Source: a virus (lineage: Duplodnaviria; Caudoviricetes). Taken from it: DNA of 64,000 nucleotides. The notes beneath the pieces are model-generated. The model did not search any database, was not told where the DNA came from, and saw only the letters and a list, made by a program, of their open reading frames with translations. Of this stretch, positions 11,601 through 20,632 are shown piece by piece. Position numbers and translations under genes: made by a program. Within the stretch, counting starts at the first letter, position 1; each line of letters opens with the position of its first letter. The stretch is from IMG/VR virus record IMGVR_UViG_3300028591_003737, positions 96,001 to 160,000 of that record, one strand, 5' to 3'.

Positions 11601-14498
11601 ACAAAACAATTTGTATTAGATTGGAAAGACAAAGTTGTTGCTTCTGGTGAATCATTAAGTAGTAGACTTGTTGTTCTTAGTGGTATTGATTGGAAGGATA
11701 TTACAGTATCTCAACTTATTGAATTCGTATTTGGTGTTAAAGCTGATGGTTCAAGAACTGCTACATTTAATATCAAAGAATTCACAGGTACAGTTAAGGT
11801 TAAATCAGATGATCCTGAAAATAGTTCAATTAGTATTGATGAATATAATAGAATTATTGAATTCTTCGGAGAAAATGCATTTGATCCTGAAAACCCTGTA
11901 TTTATTACATGTAATGATGGTATTTTCTATCAGCCAACATCTACAACAAAACAAGTTGTTCTTAGTTCTTATGATGCTGATAGTGTTGCTTATTCTCTTG
12001 TATCAAGATATGGTAATGTATATGAACTTATTAGAGGAGATGAATTTAAAGTAAAAGCTACAATCTTCCCTAATGATGGTACAAAATATGTATATGTATT
12101 AACTGGTTTCACTAGAAATAATCCATTTACAATTACACCATCAGAATCATTAGTTTATAATCATGGTACTTCAGGTGCTAGATTAGTAAATAATGCAGAT
12201 GGTACAGCTACACTTAAATTCGCTGAAGGTTCAGTATATACAAACTATATATTCGCAATTACTGTATGTAGATTAAATGATGATGGTACTCCTGATTTCA
12301 CAACATCATCAGTATATGATGAAGATCATAATATTTACATTGGTTCAGTAGCAAGAAATATTCCTGTTGCAAATCAAATTACTGTAAATATTGATAGTGA
12401 TACTAGAAATATTACTGAATATAATGTTGTTGATGAAAACAAACATACTGTTAAATTTAATTTACCTGCTAATACTAATGCAGCAGTAAATGAAGTTAAT
12501 ATTACTTTAAGTAATATTGGTTATGCAGAAAATATTACTATTGATAAGGATAATTTCAGAATTGAAAATAATGTTGTAAGTGTTGATTTTGAATGTGTAA
12601 TTCCTGCAGAAAAGATTGAAAACTTAGCTGTTACATTTGGTCTTATCTTCGATACAACAGATGCTTCAATTAGAGAAGTAAATAAGATAATTACATTTAC
12701 AATCACTCCTATTTATCCTTCATCAATTACATTATTAAATGGTGAAGATACTATTACTGATAGATTTGTAATTAATCAAAGTGGTGAATATAATTTCAGT
12801 ATTGAAGTAAATCCTTCAAATTATAATGTTGAAGTTACTGAATTAACACTTTCTTCAGAAAATGTATTTGGTGGTAACCATCGTCAAGTAACATATTCTG
12901 AAATTGAAAATAATACTTTCAAGATAACTGTTAACAATACTAATTATGAATCATTCGCAAGAAGAGATAATATTACAATAACATTAGTAAATAAATTTGA
13001 TACTAATAAACAGAATACAATTACTAAGACAATTGAAGTAGAAACATTTATAGTATATCCTGAAAATACTTATGTTGCTATCCAGGATTATAATGGTAAT
13101 ACTGAAAATTATATCAGAACAAATACTACTGATAGAAATCTTGCTGATATTTATGTATTAAATGGTCAGGGTACAATTAATCCTCATAGCTTATCTAATT
13201 ATACTAGTTTAATAAGTGGTTCAGAAGTAATATATGCTAAGATATTACCTGAAAATGTTGAGATGTTTGTTCCTGGTGTAAGTACTCCAGAAGTATTTGA
13301 ACCTACTGAAGATTATACAATTACAATTGGTAATAATATTAATGTTGTAAGTAGTAGTATTGAACAAGTTTCTTCTGATGATGTTAATGTAACAATCGAT
13401 GGTAATACACTTGCTATTAAGATTGCTGCTAATACAAATATCATTGCAACAGTAACAATTAGTGGTACTTATACAATTGTATATGATGTTGATAGAGATG
13501 ATACAACAAATAATGGAGTTAATAATACTTATAACTTTACAATTAATGTAAATTATACATTAGCAACTCAAACAACATATACTAAATTAAGTGCTGGTGA
13601 ATATTACTTAGTTGATGAAAATTCTAACTATTATTCAGTAGATCTTGATGGAGAATATAATCTTACTGAAGAATCAAGAAATAGAATTACTAGAGCTCAT
13701 AACTTAGGTATTAAATTTGCTGGTGTCGGTTATAATAGCCAAACATCTACTCAGATAATTCCTCACTTTATTGCTCTTGTTGATGATAGCAGATACTTTA
13801 GAACAATTGGTGAATTTACTGCTAATGGTGCTAATTCTCCTGTTCCTGTATTCTATCCTCAAAGTGCTAAAACAGGTATTATTGAATCAGCATATCATAA
13901 TGATAATGATAATGATATTAGATTTAATGGTAATGATAATACAGAATACTGGTATGATTTATTACAAGAAGCTAATGATTATCTTGATTCAGGATTTAAT
14001 GCTATCTATAGTAAATATGGTACTACTTTAAATATTACTCCTAAGGTATATGGACAAATGAGAACAGGTAAAGTTCTTCTTTATATTCCTACAAATAAAG
14101 AACTTACTGGTTTCTTTGGAACATCTACAACAACATATATACAGATTGATAAGATTATTGAATACCTTAATACTAAGGAAGGAAATAATTATATGTTAAT
14201 TGCAAATATATTATATGATAAGGATGGATTTAGAACTGGTTCTGTAGGTAATGATGTTCATGGTGTTGATAATAATATGTTAAATAATCTTGGAGATTAT
14301 GATAAGATTATGCTTATATTAACATCTAATGCTAATAATACAGCTTCTTCTGCTCATGTAGTAGCAAGAATTGGTGTTAAGAATGCAGGTGGTGCAAATA
14401 GTGTATTTGTAAATACTCCAATTACATTAAATATTGTTACACAATATTATGGTCACTATAACTATACATCAATTTTACCATTCGTAAAGGTATCTTAA
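5634..14498 (+). CDS. Giant tail/baseplate-associated protein: LamG-like + CotH-kinase-like + LRR domains
   Basis: 2954 aa. LamG-like MLIYVNGVLD...IKVYSIRIY; CotH-like QGTSS.YP.KN, TLKTDYAESS..HN, DQVVKN...YDNDT; LRR GLNDISSLEEIDIRNC; beta-rich C-terminus. Confidence 0.7.
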   Translation: MATILWDQEIDKTIDWAGDVNTGNAPVSGKYVQKFIKDTLAKKFGYMYYDRSALKYLVFADEDDYNTYSLDPTNNSSLLLATFDAPAPATISIVDSSDYNVTTLLTASQRKLHFNYYIIDKSSNAVAENVSMRVLITRSGESQSFTDTISIDRENYNKPEVGTYKEIELDSYLTEEGNYTITITLTGLNTQASTTLTYFYTVVNLDLSLDNFKYYIPFDSTEGTFEISFTAKGAAGIQKSMEVYIDGEELNQEGLGFRNAFSSGNTIGGGASITDYLTLYNKDINGNLVKWGTDIENSNLWNKSKFAPGKHSIQLRISIPGEELDKPFYSKTKYFDFVVVDPESTLKPTYLLYATDVEAGKIFDVNSPIEITGQQYTSIGLNVAAVDVGNRKTVVNYNIEGETSHTTNSIQHTVDNQTVDTFEYIFDTPDTYVLTVTDGFTNSVQVEAKITVTAFNTNGEKLEEQDQSNLLVKYTALNRSNSELNKTVWENSAINFSHNKYSAIFNNVLWNDQSGWNGEALVLKNGATVELPVDLFSIFDNAGLGLTFEIDFETFDVQNDDALVMDYSDNQLINSSYIKITATQASMNSNKGIFLKTNFKDNTRNKIAFVFNPTTKVEGGISQGTGNPNLMLIYVNGVLDRAGKWGNGEPASDDINWTNPNTKSIIIGNTTGEAGIKVYSIRIYRSSLVPEQAFMNYIVDQGKNIPAIINKNHVIDESGNISLDLVKGKIPTLILSTDYTLINNQTNKKNNTQYELQYFDPIDPTLNFYVRNGWLSCQGTSSMQYPIKNLRPYFNKQANEKTFSFGISSSAAAQALISNGISVTPNFNTEFWPACEYNNDSIGNHEEDVASFVDANGILPYSVNKKEVVKDKEFKNDNGDNEFHEIGKGLSKEYKIDLGTKYFGKTEIYYLNGTATVKGKEVDHYEILTLADGQSAKDAITNLVEAGKSIYISAYRPLLRYGWEIGSDDYWIYIKQLRYSGQKLFTKEVISDQDGNVLGIRYNKAKKLNKDTEYYGLGACWRQYAEPLHYSGWTDKWTLKTDYAESSMCHNSGIARVWGNALRNVMLNGVAVGLTKAQGCSNDPYFIDIRTSCDGKPVVLFVKNPIGYDETTGKVVYGSAEFAGLFNIMTDKSSTPLFGFEDIKDENNKYLFIANADLEDDKSKIPVGQEDNKVQCWEFLQNGSALGTGNSLAFDTPGAAVYNEKGELISGEVTYADAQTDKKLGKNIGEGRPIFTDFEPRWPESGEAYHEGDMNFFQDDVFGVESNSFESFWNWLNFTKPAVNYIVSGKSGYDFSPYVPFANTAEAVSWKAANPDKHIYIQWNNSGNIAYAEEGTQYGLKGEETIFEFNPNIEGQPIYWLDESIDYEDVSKSLNNAKIGEVWGSDVYEVPIYGFDSLNRFVDSETGSINEDEASKYAVTVYMSRNGRTYTYTDCYGVTKTYANSSEISDDEYMRASDGISYAQKTFMQFFSATKYDHLDVYKVAAYYVYIMRFGAVDQVVKNCMMTSEDGKHWYFINYDNDTTLGVRNDAQLIFNWDFDRDTYDYSGNSYAYAGAKSVLWNNLSMDNDFMNIVKAIDAVMYSTGLLSAKAVLEYLDEKQMNVWCERLYNSQEQIKYLSTFKNNFETDKFLLFMQGTRHSHRQWWVNHRWELFDAMWSNGSYADKKIKYYEVITDASNTNELEFLKITAASKYYFTVQKNNNTINGGFVELKAGESASFKTKENIAIGDPMVFIGPHKTKVLNFRPGNRYLSATLSLNETYQITESDGVTKRNTNWVAEGGTMMSKLLIGNGVTNCPVTNISGLNDISSLEEIDIRNCTLLTASPSVNRLSNLHIFRATGSTCTVFEPAQGVILQEVSLPSDNAAASGEIYVTDEQGNLIPKKDEQGNILTDEQGNTIYETQRVSNVYALQTLSLNRVIFQAPNENYVVYQEGTDNDALPYSFDEEGHLTGVYTDDKAYRYTSESKAIFDVQPTARLTNVTFNNVVGLDTKQFVLDWKDKVVASGESLSSRLVVLSGIDWKDITVSQLIEFVFGVKADGSRTATFNIKEFTGTVKVKSDDPENSSISIDEYNRIIEFFGENAFDPENPVFITCNDGIFYQPTSTTKQVVLSSYDADSVAYSLVSRYGNVYELIRGDEFKVKATIFPNDGTKYVYVLTGFTRNNPFTITPSESLVYNHGTSGARLVNNADGTATLKFAEGSVYTNYIFAITVCRLNDDGTPDFTTSSVYDEDHNIYIGSVARNIPVANQITVNIDSDTRNITEYNVVDENKHTVKFNLPANTNAAVNEVNITLSNIGYAENITIDKDNFRIENNVVSVDFECVIPAEKIENLAVTFGLIFDTTDASIREVNKIITFTITPIYPSSITLLNGEDTITDRFVINQSGEYNFSIEVNPSNYNVEVTELTLSSENVFGGNHRQVTYSEIENNTFKITVNNTNYESFARRDNITITLVNKFDTNKQNTITKTIEVETFIVYPENTYVAIQDYNGNTENYIRTNTTDRNLADIYVLNGQGTINPHSLSNYTSLISGSEVIYAKILPENVEMFVPGVSTPEVFEPTEDYTITIGNNINVVSSSIEQVSSDDVNVTIDGNTLAIKIAANTNIIATVTISGTYTIVYDVDRDDTTNNGVNNTYNFTINVNYTLATQTTYTKLSAGEYYLVDENSNYYSVDLDGEYNLTEESRNRITRAHNLGIKFAGVGYNSQTSTQIIPHFIALVDDSRYFRTIGEFTANGANSPVPVFYPQSAKTGIIESAYHNDNDNDIRFNGNDNTEYWYDLLQEANDYLDSGFNAIYSKYGTTLNITPKVYGQMRTGKVLLYIPTNKELTGFFGTSTTTYIQIDKIIEYLNTKEGNNYMLIANILYDKDGFRTGSVGNDVHGVDNNMLNNLGDYDKIMLILTSNANNTASSAHVVARIGVKNAGGANSVFVNTPITLNIVTQYYGHYNYTSILPFVKVS

Positions 14499-14525
14499 TT
14501 AAGAAATATATAAAATTAAAATATA

Positions 14526-15071
14526 ATGAATACATTTTTTAATAATTTCGGAAAAACATCAGAATTCAAATATATTGTTGAATTAAATGATGGTAAGTAT
14601 CTTGTTAGTTTTGATAAAGTTGATATATTAGTTGATGAAGTAGTTTACAAAAATAGTAAACCAGTTAAAACTGGAAACTCTTTACCATCTGGTGAATCTG
14701 TATGGAAATCAATTATTTTGGATTTCCATGCAGATCCAGTAACAATAGCAAATACATTAACTCAGTTAATTGACAAAGATACTCAATATAATATTATTAA
14801 TTCATTCATTTGGAATGGTTATAATGTTTACTTAAGTAAAGAAAACCAAATGAATTATAAAAATGCATATGATTTAGCAGTATCAACAAATGGAGAATCA
14901 CTCCCTGTAACATTTAAATTTAAAAAGAATGGAAAAGGTGTATATTATACATTTGATACTGTTGCTGAATTAAAAGATTTTTATATCAAATTAAACAAAC
15001 ATATTAATGGTTGTTTAGAAAATGGATGGAAACGTAAAGATGATATTATTGCAGACAATTATAAAATTTAA
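14526..15071 (+). CDS. DUF4376-like tail fibre-associated protein
   Basis: FIWNGYNVYLSKENQMNYK...LPVTFKF...ELKDFY...GWKRKD resembles the family found after tail fibre genes in Bacteroidales phages. Confidence 0.65.
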   Translation: MNTFFNNFGKTSEFKYIVELNDGKYLVSFDKVDILVDEVVYKNSKPVKTGNSLPSGESVWKSIILDFHADPVTIANTLTQLIDKDTQYNIINSFIWNGYNVYLSKENQMNYKNAYDLAVSTNGESLPVTFKFKKNGKGVYYTFDTVAELKDFYIKLNKHINGCLENGWKRKDDIIADNYKI

Positions 15072-15096
15072 TATTTTATAAAGTATATTTATTTTG

Positions 15097-15135
15097 AAGA
15101 ATGTGTATAATTTACTTTATACACATTCTTTTTTT
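15097..15135 (+). terminator. Intrinsic terminator
   Basis: aagaatgtgtataa / ttatacacattctt stem followed by a T run. Confidence 0.8.
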
Positions 15136-15167
15136 ATTTTTATATATAAAATATATATAATTTAATT

Positions 15168-15455
15168 ATGTCTGCTCAAATTGGAATTCCTACTTATAAA
15201 GATGAAATTAATGCAGTAAAACTTAATGAAATTAAAGAATATATTAATGGTTTATGTTTTGATTTTGCTAAATTATCATCTACAGAAGCAATTGAAAATA
15301 GAGAATCAGATGGTTATGAAGCATATGCACATCAATATGAACATGATATGGCTATAATGAAAGATATTGTTTCATTAGCACAAAAATTACAAAATACAGT
15401 TAATGATTCATTATTTGCTATTGCAACTCGCGAAGTTTATTCTCATTTAGTATAA
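15168..15455 (+). CDS. Hypothetical protein (late-motif promoter at 15133-15146)
   Basis: 95-aa ORF bounded by its own promoter motif and terminator. Confidence 0.75.
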   Translation: MSAQIGIPTYKDEINAVKLNEIKEYINGLCFDFAKLSSTEAIENRESDGYEAYAHQYEHDMAIMKDIVSLAQKLQNTVNDSLFAIATREVYSHLV

Positions 15456-15492
15456 AAAAATAAAGGTATCAATATTGATACCTTTTTATTTT
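15454..15492. terminator. Bidirectional intrinsic terminator
   Basis: aaaggtatcaa-ta-ttgataccttt inverted repeat with A/T runs between convergent genes. Confidence 0.85.
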
Positions 15493-15924
15493 TTAGAAAC
15501 TAGGATCTCGATATGGTTTTGCACTTCCAAAATAAACTGGTGAAGAATAACCATACTGACCGGTCTTAACTAATTTTCTCCATTCTCCTTTCTTTCTCTT
15601 AGAATAAGTTTCACACTTCTTTCTATCTATTTTATGAAAATCTTCATACCACATTATTCCATCTTCATCAACAGAAATATTACTCTGATTATAAATATTA
15701 TTTTCATCAAATTCGTGAAGACGTTTAAGAAGAATTCTCTTAGGAGTTAAATTATCTACACAAACAACAGCATATCTATCAGAACCAACATATTCTGTAC
15801 CCATCATTCCTGGTTTAGGATCCCAATCAGATTTATTTGTTAAATCTAATTTTTTTAAAGGAATTTCATTAATAGGAGTTCTATTAGGAAGATCTACTTT
15901 AAGATTTTTATCAAGCTTCAGCAT
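15493..15924 (-). CDS. Hypothetical protein
   Basis: 143-aa ORF with its own early-type promoter. Confidence 0.8.
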   Translation of the reverse strand: MLKLDKNLKVDLPNRTPINEIPLKKLDLTNKSDWDPKPGMMGTEYVGSDRYAVVCVDNLTPKRILLKRLHEFDENNIYNQSNISVDEDGIMWYEDFHKIDRKKCETYSKRKKGEWRKLVKTGQYGYSSPVYFGSAKPYRDPSF

Positions 15925-15950
15925 AATATTATTGTTTGTTTTACATTAAT

Positions 15951-15978
15951 AATATAGTTAATTTTTTAGAAAATTCAA
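15951..15978 (-). promoter_or_regulatory. Putative early/middle promoter TTGAAT-N16-TATATT
   Basis: Reverse complement reads TTGAAT tttctaaaaaattaac TATATT; recurrent motif. Confidence 0.65.
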
Positions 15979-16244
15979 TTTACTTTATCTAAATAATCAA
16001 CTAACTTCCAATATCTTTCATCTAAACCAAACAATTCTTCATATGCTTGTAAAACAGTATTATATCCATCACAATATCCTGTATCAAGTATACTATTAAT
16101 AAAATCTCTGATATCTTGAATTTTAGCATCTAACTTTCTTTTTGTCCAGAATCTACGTGATGATTGTCTACCTCTTACTCCTTTCTTCCAAAGTTCAAAC
16201 TCTTCTTTTGGTAATTCTTCAAGTATTATATCTTCTTCTATCAT
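15975..16244 (-). CDS. Hypothetical protein
   Basis: 89-aa ORF in a tightly packed operon. Confidence 0.75.
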   Translation of the reverse strand: MIEEDIILEELPKEEFELWKKGVRGRQSSRRFWTKRKLDAKIQDIRDFINSILDTGYCDGYNTVLQAYEELFGLDERYWKLVDYLDKVN

Positions 16245-16567
16245 ACTATATCTCTAAAATAATTACATTGAAAAAAGTCAATAACTGTATATATATCATC
16301 TGGATTTAATAAATCATAATTTAATGTATTATTATTTTCAAATAATATATATAAATCATTATTTGTGTATAGATTCTTTATAAATCCAGATATATTTCTA
16401 TTATTTATAATAAAATCTTTTACCATATCATGTGCTTTAAAAATTTGAGAATTATTATCAACATGACATGTTATATATTTACTATCTTCAGACTCAGTAT
16501 TATAACAATTTGACATAAATTTACTAAGTCTATTTAATATTTCTTCTTTTATACTTTCTTTATTCAT
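16241..16567 (-). CDS. Hypothetical protein
   Basis: Track start is 16588; the downstream Met (MNKESIKEE) at 16567 minimises overlap. Confidence 0.7.
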   Translation of the reverse strand: MNKESIKEEILNRLSKFMSNCYNTESEDSKYITCHVDNNSQIFKAHDMVKDFIINNRNISGFIKNLYTNNDLYILFENNNTLNYDLLNPDDIYTVIDFFQCNYFRDIV

Positions 16568-16760
16568 AGTCTTCAATTTTTTCTTCAATACAATTTACTT
16601 TAAAACTTACTTCTCCCCAATGATCAAGAGAATCAAAAAGCTGTAAATCAACTTGATTTTTCCAATTTTCAAGTTTTTCTTCAAAGGTATCACCTTCCAT
16701 ATTTGAAGTATCTATCTCAGCAGTTACCTCAAATTTTACTACTAATTTTTTATCTTCCAT
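16560..16760 (-). CDS. Hypothetical protein
   Basis: 66 aa, overlapping its neighbours as in translational coupling. Confidence 0.7.
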   Translation of the reverse strand: MEDKKLVVKFEVTAEIDTSNMEGDTFEEKLENWKNQVDLQLFDSLDHWGEVSFKVNCIEEKIEDYE

Positions 16761-17337
16761 TTTTTACTCTTTCTTTATTATACTTAATCTGTTCAGTAAA
16801 ATCATATTCTGTCATACCCATAGATTTTCTAATTGTATTAGAAGCTTGACATGCAGTTTCAAAATTATTAAATGCAATCCATTTACCTTCTTTAACTAAA
16901 TCTAACCACTTTCCACTCATTTTAAATGCTTGCATATAATCTTCACATGGTTGAGGTAAAAAATCTAAATCACGAATATACCACCAATAACCAAACTTTT
17001 CTATAAATCTTTCTTGTTTACTTTTCTTTTCTTCTTTCTCCACAGGCCAATATACTTTTACTTTAGATGGATCATATTCTTTAATATATTCATCAGTATA
17101 CCAATCAGGACGTTGAAATCTTGAATTAAATTCAATTTTCTTAACTTCTTCTGAATCTATATCATGTGCTTCTGGCCATTGTTTATATAATTCATCCAAT
17201 GAATCAACATAAGCAACAATAATAAAATCAGTATAGCTTTCGCCAGTACACCAATATGGATATTTTACAGGCCAAATAACTGGTCTATAATCATTATCAC
17301 ATTTTTTAAATGGTAAATAAAATCTAGTCCAAATCAT
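16750..17337 (-). CDS. Hypothetical phage protein
   Basis: 195 aa, DYRPVIWPVKYPYWCTG motif. Confidence 0.8.
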   Translation of the reverse strand: MIWTRFYLPFKKCDNDYRPVIWPVKYPYWCTGESYTDFIIVAYVDSLDELYKQWPEAHDIDSEEVKKIEFNSRFQRPDWYTDEYIKEYDPSKVKVYWPVEKEEKKSKQERFIEKFGYWWYIRDLDFLPQPCEDYMQAFKMSGKWLDLVKEGKWIAFNNFETACQASNTIRKSMGMTEYDFTEQIKYNKERVKNGR

Positions 17338-17358
17338 AATTTAAAAATCAAAATTTAA

Positions 17359-17805
17359 TTATCCTGCACAAGGAGTAAGATATAATCTATTAAATAAATC
17401 CTCCATACTTGTTGCTTCATATACAATAGCATGATCTCTTGCAATATCAGATACAAGTCTACCAGTAGCTCTTAATGATTTAATTTCATGTTTTTCAAAC
17501 TTTTCTGGTGTAAGAATACAATAAATAACTAAATCTACATTAGTTCCATACATATTAGCAAGATGTGCTGAATGAATTATTTCTGCAATAGAATATACAC
17601 CTTGCATTTCTGGAGTAATTACATAAAGATGAATATTACATTTATTATTCTTTTCATCTTCTTCAATTACTTGACATTCTGGTGTCCAATCTTCTACAAC
17701 AGGATTAAAATATTCCACCCCTTGTTTATCAAGTAATGGCATTAATTCATCTCTCCATGTTGTTTCACAACAAGTACCACCTAAAAAATATCTTTGTTTT
17801 TTCAT
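17359..17805 (-). CDS. Nucleoside 2-deoxyribosyltransferase-like protein
   Basis: FLGGTC..TWR...YFNPVVEDW...GVYSIAE pattern of the NDT-like family. Confidence 0.75.
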   Translation of the reverse strand: MKKQRYFLGGTCCETTWRDELMPLLDKQGVEYFNPVVEDWTPECQVIEEDEKNNKCNIHLYVITPEMQGVYSIAEIIHSAHLANMYGTNVDLVIYCILTPEKFEKHEIKSLRATGRLVSDIARDHAIVYEATSMEDLFNRLYLTPCAG

Positions 17806-17829
17806 TATATAACTTAAAATATATTTATA

Positions 17830-18321
17830 TTAACTAAAACATACACAACGATGTTTCTTTTCTTTAAGATTAATCCACCATTCTCTACCTGCTAATACTT
17901 TCCAACTTATTTCTGGTGTTCTTGCTGAAATTTCACCATCATTCATTATAGTTATTGTCAATTCATCAAGACCTTTATCATCAGTTTGTAAAAGTTCTTT
18001 TACAATTTCTCTTTCTTCATGAGTTAAAGTATATGGTTTCTTAGAAGCTTTTTTATTTTCATATGCTTTCCATTTTGCTACTTCTTCAGGATGTTCTTCT
18101 TCCCATTTCTTTCTTTTTTCTTCCTCTTCTTTTCTCCAAGCAGCATATTCTTCTTCTGTTTGAGCTTTTAGAGGTTTTATATCAAATCCAATAGTTTTTG
18201 AAACGACATCAAAAGCTAATTTAAGATCCTTTTCTTTATAAGTATCTGTCGATGATTTAGGTTTAAATGTTTCAAACATTTCCTTCATCTGATTACCTAA
18301 CTTATTATAATCTGGTTCCAT
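17830..18321 (-). CDS. Hypothetical protein
   Basis: 163 aa with a charged helical middle region. Confidence 0.75.
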   Translation of the reverse strand: MEPDYNKLGNQMKEMFETFKPKSSTDTYKEKDLKLAFDVVSKTIGFDIKPLKAQTEEEYAAWRKEEEEKRKKWEEEHPEEVAKWKAYENKKASKKPYTLTHEEREIVKELLQTDDKGLDELTITIMNDGEISARTPEISWKVLAGREWWINLKEKKHRCVCFS

Positions 18322-18322
18322 A

Positions 18323-18514
18323 TTAATCTTCTAATTTAAAATTTTCTTCAAAATCTTCTTTTGTTCTTGCAAAATACTCTCCATCAGGATTATCATATTC
18401 TGTTTTATAAAGGCAAAGACCTCGTCTCCATTGACCATTATCTTTAAACATAAAATTATCAGTAATCAATGTATAAGGCTTACCAGTTTTAATATGAAAA
18501 TATCTTTTATTCAT
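18323..18514 (-). CDS. DUF1653-like small protein
   Basis: YFHIKTGKPY...LYK...YFARTKEDFEENFK. Confidence 0.65.
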   Translation of the reverse strand: MNKRYFHIKTGKPYTLITDNFMFKDNGQWRRGLCLYKTEYDNPDGEYFARTKEDFEENFKLED

Positions 18515-18547
18515 AATCTTGTATCTTTCTATATACCATAAATCTTT

Positions 18548-18802
18548 TTATAAGAACAGGTCTTTTAAATAATCTTTTTCAATATCATTTATATGTTTTA
18601 TTCCTTCATTAACATATTCTGGATAAATATATTCAATATCATTATTTTCTTTTATAAGAATATTAGGTAAACAAGATGAAATTATTTTACTTCTTAAATT
18701 ACAAAAATAATTTTGAATTTCTTTAATTCTTTCATCTTGCAATCTTCTTAAATAAGGATTGGATAATATAAAAGATTGTTTAATTTTTTGTGTATTAGTC
18801 AT
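18548..18802 (-). CDS. Hypothetical protein
   Basis: 84-aa ORF in operon. Confidence 0.7.
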   Translation of the reverse strand: MTNTQKIKQSFILSNPYLRRLQDERIKEIQNYFCNLRSKIISSCLPNILIKENNDIEYIYPEYVNEGIKHINDIEKDYLKDLFL

Positions 18803-19142
18803 AATCCTTTTCTAATTTTCTATATCCCATAAATCCTTTCATAGGAACTTGTTCTTTCAAATAATGGAATTTACCAGTTCTTGAAATATAATTACCATCA
18901 GCCCAATCTTTACCAGTTGTAGTACAAGTAAATCCATCTCTTTTAGATATATTAGATATTTTCATCCAACCTTTAATATATCCATTATGACAAATATAAC
19001 ATCTATCCCCAATATTCACATCTTTAGGAATAGTAGGAATACGATAATTCATCTCTTGAGTTTCATCCTCAACAGTCTTTAATTCCTTCTCATAATCTTC
19101 CCATTTTATAGACTTAGGAATTGTTATACAAATACTACTCAT
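18795..19142 (-). CDS. ASCH/PUA-like domain protein
   Basis: GDRCYICHNGYIKG...PMKGFMGYRK ending is typical of ASCH-like folds. Confidence 0.5.
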   Translation of the reverse strand: MSSICITIPKSIKWEDYEKELKTVEDETQEMNYRIPTIPKDVNIGDRCYICHNGYIKGWMKISNISKRDGFTCTTTGKDWADGNYISRTGKFHYLKEQVPMKGFMGYRKLEKDYD

Positions 19143-19326
19143 TTATTTTCTTATATTTATTTACTTTACACTTTACTAATGCATCTGTTGGATGACCATC
19201 ATAAGTACATTTTCCATTTGTATCAGAAAATCTTCCTGCTACAGGACCAAAATCTTCATATAATTTACATGAATAACACATTCCTGGATAATCATCAGGA
19301 TTTAATAAACAACCAAATCTACCCAT
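19135..19326 (-). CDS. Small Cys-rich hypothetical protein
   Basis: 63 aa, CxxC plus further Cys residues. Confidence 0.65.
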   Translation of the reverse strand: MGRFGCLLNPDDYPGMCYSCKLYEDFGPVAGRFSDTNGKCTYDGHPTDALVKCKVNKYKKINE

Positions 19327-19327
19327 A

Positions 19328-19525
19328 TTACCAATTACCTTTTATATGATTAACATGAAATGGAAACCAACCAAATGCCCAGTCTCTACTACAAAATATA
19401 GTACAGAGAACTTTCAATGGATTCCAATAAAATACATATAAACCACCACTTTGTGTGGATTTAAACCAAATACCTTGTTTGTCAATGTGATTAATCACAA
19501 ACCATTTAAACTTCGGAGCTGTCAT
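19328..19525 (-). CDS. Hypothetical protein
   Basis: 65-aa ORF abutting its neighbours. Confidence 0.65.
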   Translation of the reverse strand: MTAPKFKWFVINHIDKQGIWFKSTQSGGLYVFYWNPLKVLCTIFCSRDWAFGWFPFHVNHIKGNW

Positions 19526-19890
19526 ATTTTGAAAATTAATATAAAATTATCATTATAACTATTTATATCATAAGAATATGCTGCTGGATATATTCGTTTC
19601 ATATAGCCATTATAACCCTTTACTTCAGTAATATATCCTTCCCTATCACATAAAGTAAGTCTTACATTATTAACTTTAGATATCATAAATTTTGAATCTA
19701 AATTTTTAAATAACTTAGTATATTTTACAATGATGAAAATTTCAGAAGGACTCATATAAACATCGGTTACACCCTCATTTAGTCCTTTAATTTCATCATC
19801 ATCAATATAAAAATTTAATTCAAATAGATCTCTTCTATCATTTTCATCTATTGGTTCAGGAATCCAAGGTTCAAATTTAACTTTATCCAT
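19522..19890 (-). CDS. Hypothetical protein
   Basis: 122-aa ORF. Confidence 0.7.
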   Translation of the reverse strand: MDKVKFEPWIPEPIDENDRRDLFELNFYIDDDEIKGLNEGVTDVYMSPSEIFIIVKYTKLFKNLDSKFMISKVNNVRLTLCDREGYITEVKGYNGYMKRIYPAAYSYDINSYNDNFILIFKI

Positions 19891-19894
19891 AATA

Positions 19895-20146
19895 TTATAC
19901 TGTTATTACTATTAGTCGTGCTAATTCATTAAATGTACAAATATGATATTTCTCTTCATATTCTTTTTTAATATATTCTGTAACTTTATTAATATCATAT
20001 TCATAAGGAATATTTAATATTACACAAAAACCATAATCTGGTCTTTCAAATAAAATTTCAGGATATTCAGTAACAATATATCTTAAAACTTCACTGAAAT
20101 TACCAAATAAACTACCCCATTGATTTTTTCTACCTAAATTTTTCAT
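19895..20146 (-). CDS. Hypothetical protein
   Basis: 83-aa ORF. Confidence 0.7.
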   Translation of the reverse strand: MKNLGRKNQWGSLFGNFSEVLRYIVTEYPEILFERPDYGFCVILNIPYEYDINKVTEYIKKEYEEKYHICTFNELARLIVITV

Positions 20147-20148
20147 AA

Positions 20149-20631
20149 TTATGCTCTATTAATATCAATATCTAATTCTGTATCTCCTTTATCAGATATA
20201 TCTCTTACATATCCATATCCATTTTTAATACACCAAACTAATGTATTATAACCAGCAATTAATGGATATTCTGCATAAGGAGCATCTCCATTTTCTTTAC
20301 TATCTTCTGTCTTATAATAAAAACCATAAAATGGAGCATCTTTAAAGAAAGTTACTCCTTTATAACCATCTTTTCCAATCCATTCTGGAAGTTTTAATAA
20401 AAGTTCAGGAAGAGTATATGTATCACAAACAAAACTATAATCTTTTGGATTATTTATTTGACTTTCCCAACCAAAATTAGTTTTATATACAACAAATAAA
20501 TTTAATGGATCTATATTAGCCTGTATAATACAAAACTTTGAATCAGATGTATCTACACCTAATTCAATTAATTTCTGCATTCTTTCTGGACTTAAAAACT
20601 CTTGTTTAGTTTTATTATCTAACCTTATCAT
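20149..20631 (-). CDS. Hypothetical phage protein
   Basis: 160 aa, LSPERMQKLIELGVD...YTLPELLLKLP. Confidence 0.75.
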   Translation of the reverse strand: MIRLDNKTKQEFLSPERMQKLIELGVDTSDSKFCIIQANIDPLNLFVVYKTNFGWESQINNPKDYSFVCDTYTLPELLLKLPEWIGKDGYKGVTFFKDAPFYGFYYKTEDSKENGDAPYAEYPLIAGYNTLVWCIKNGYGYVRDISDKGDTELDIDINRA

Positions 20632-20632
20632 A

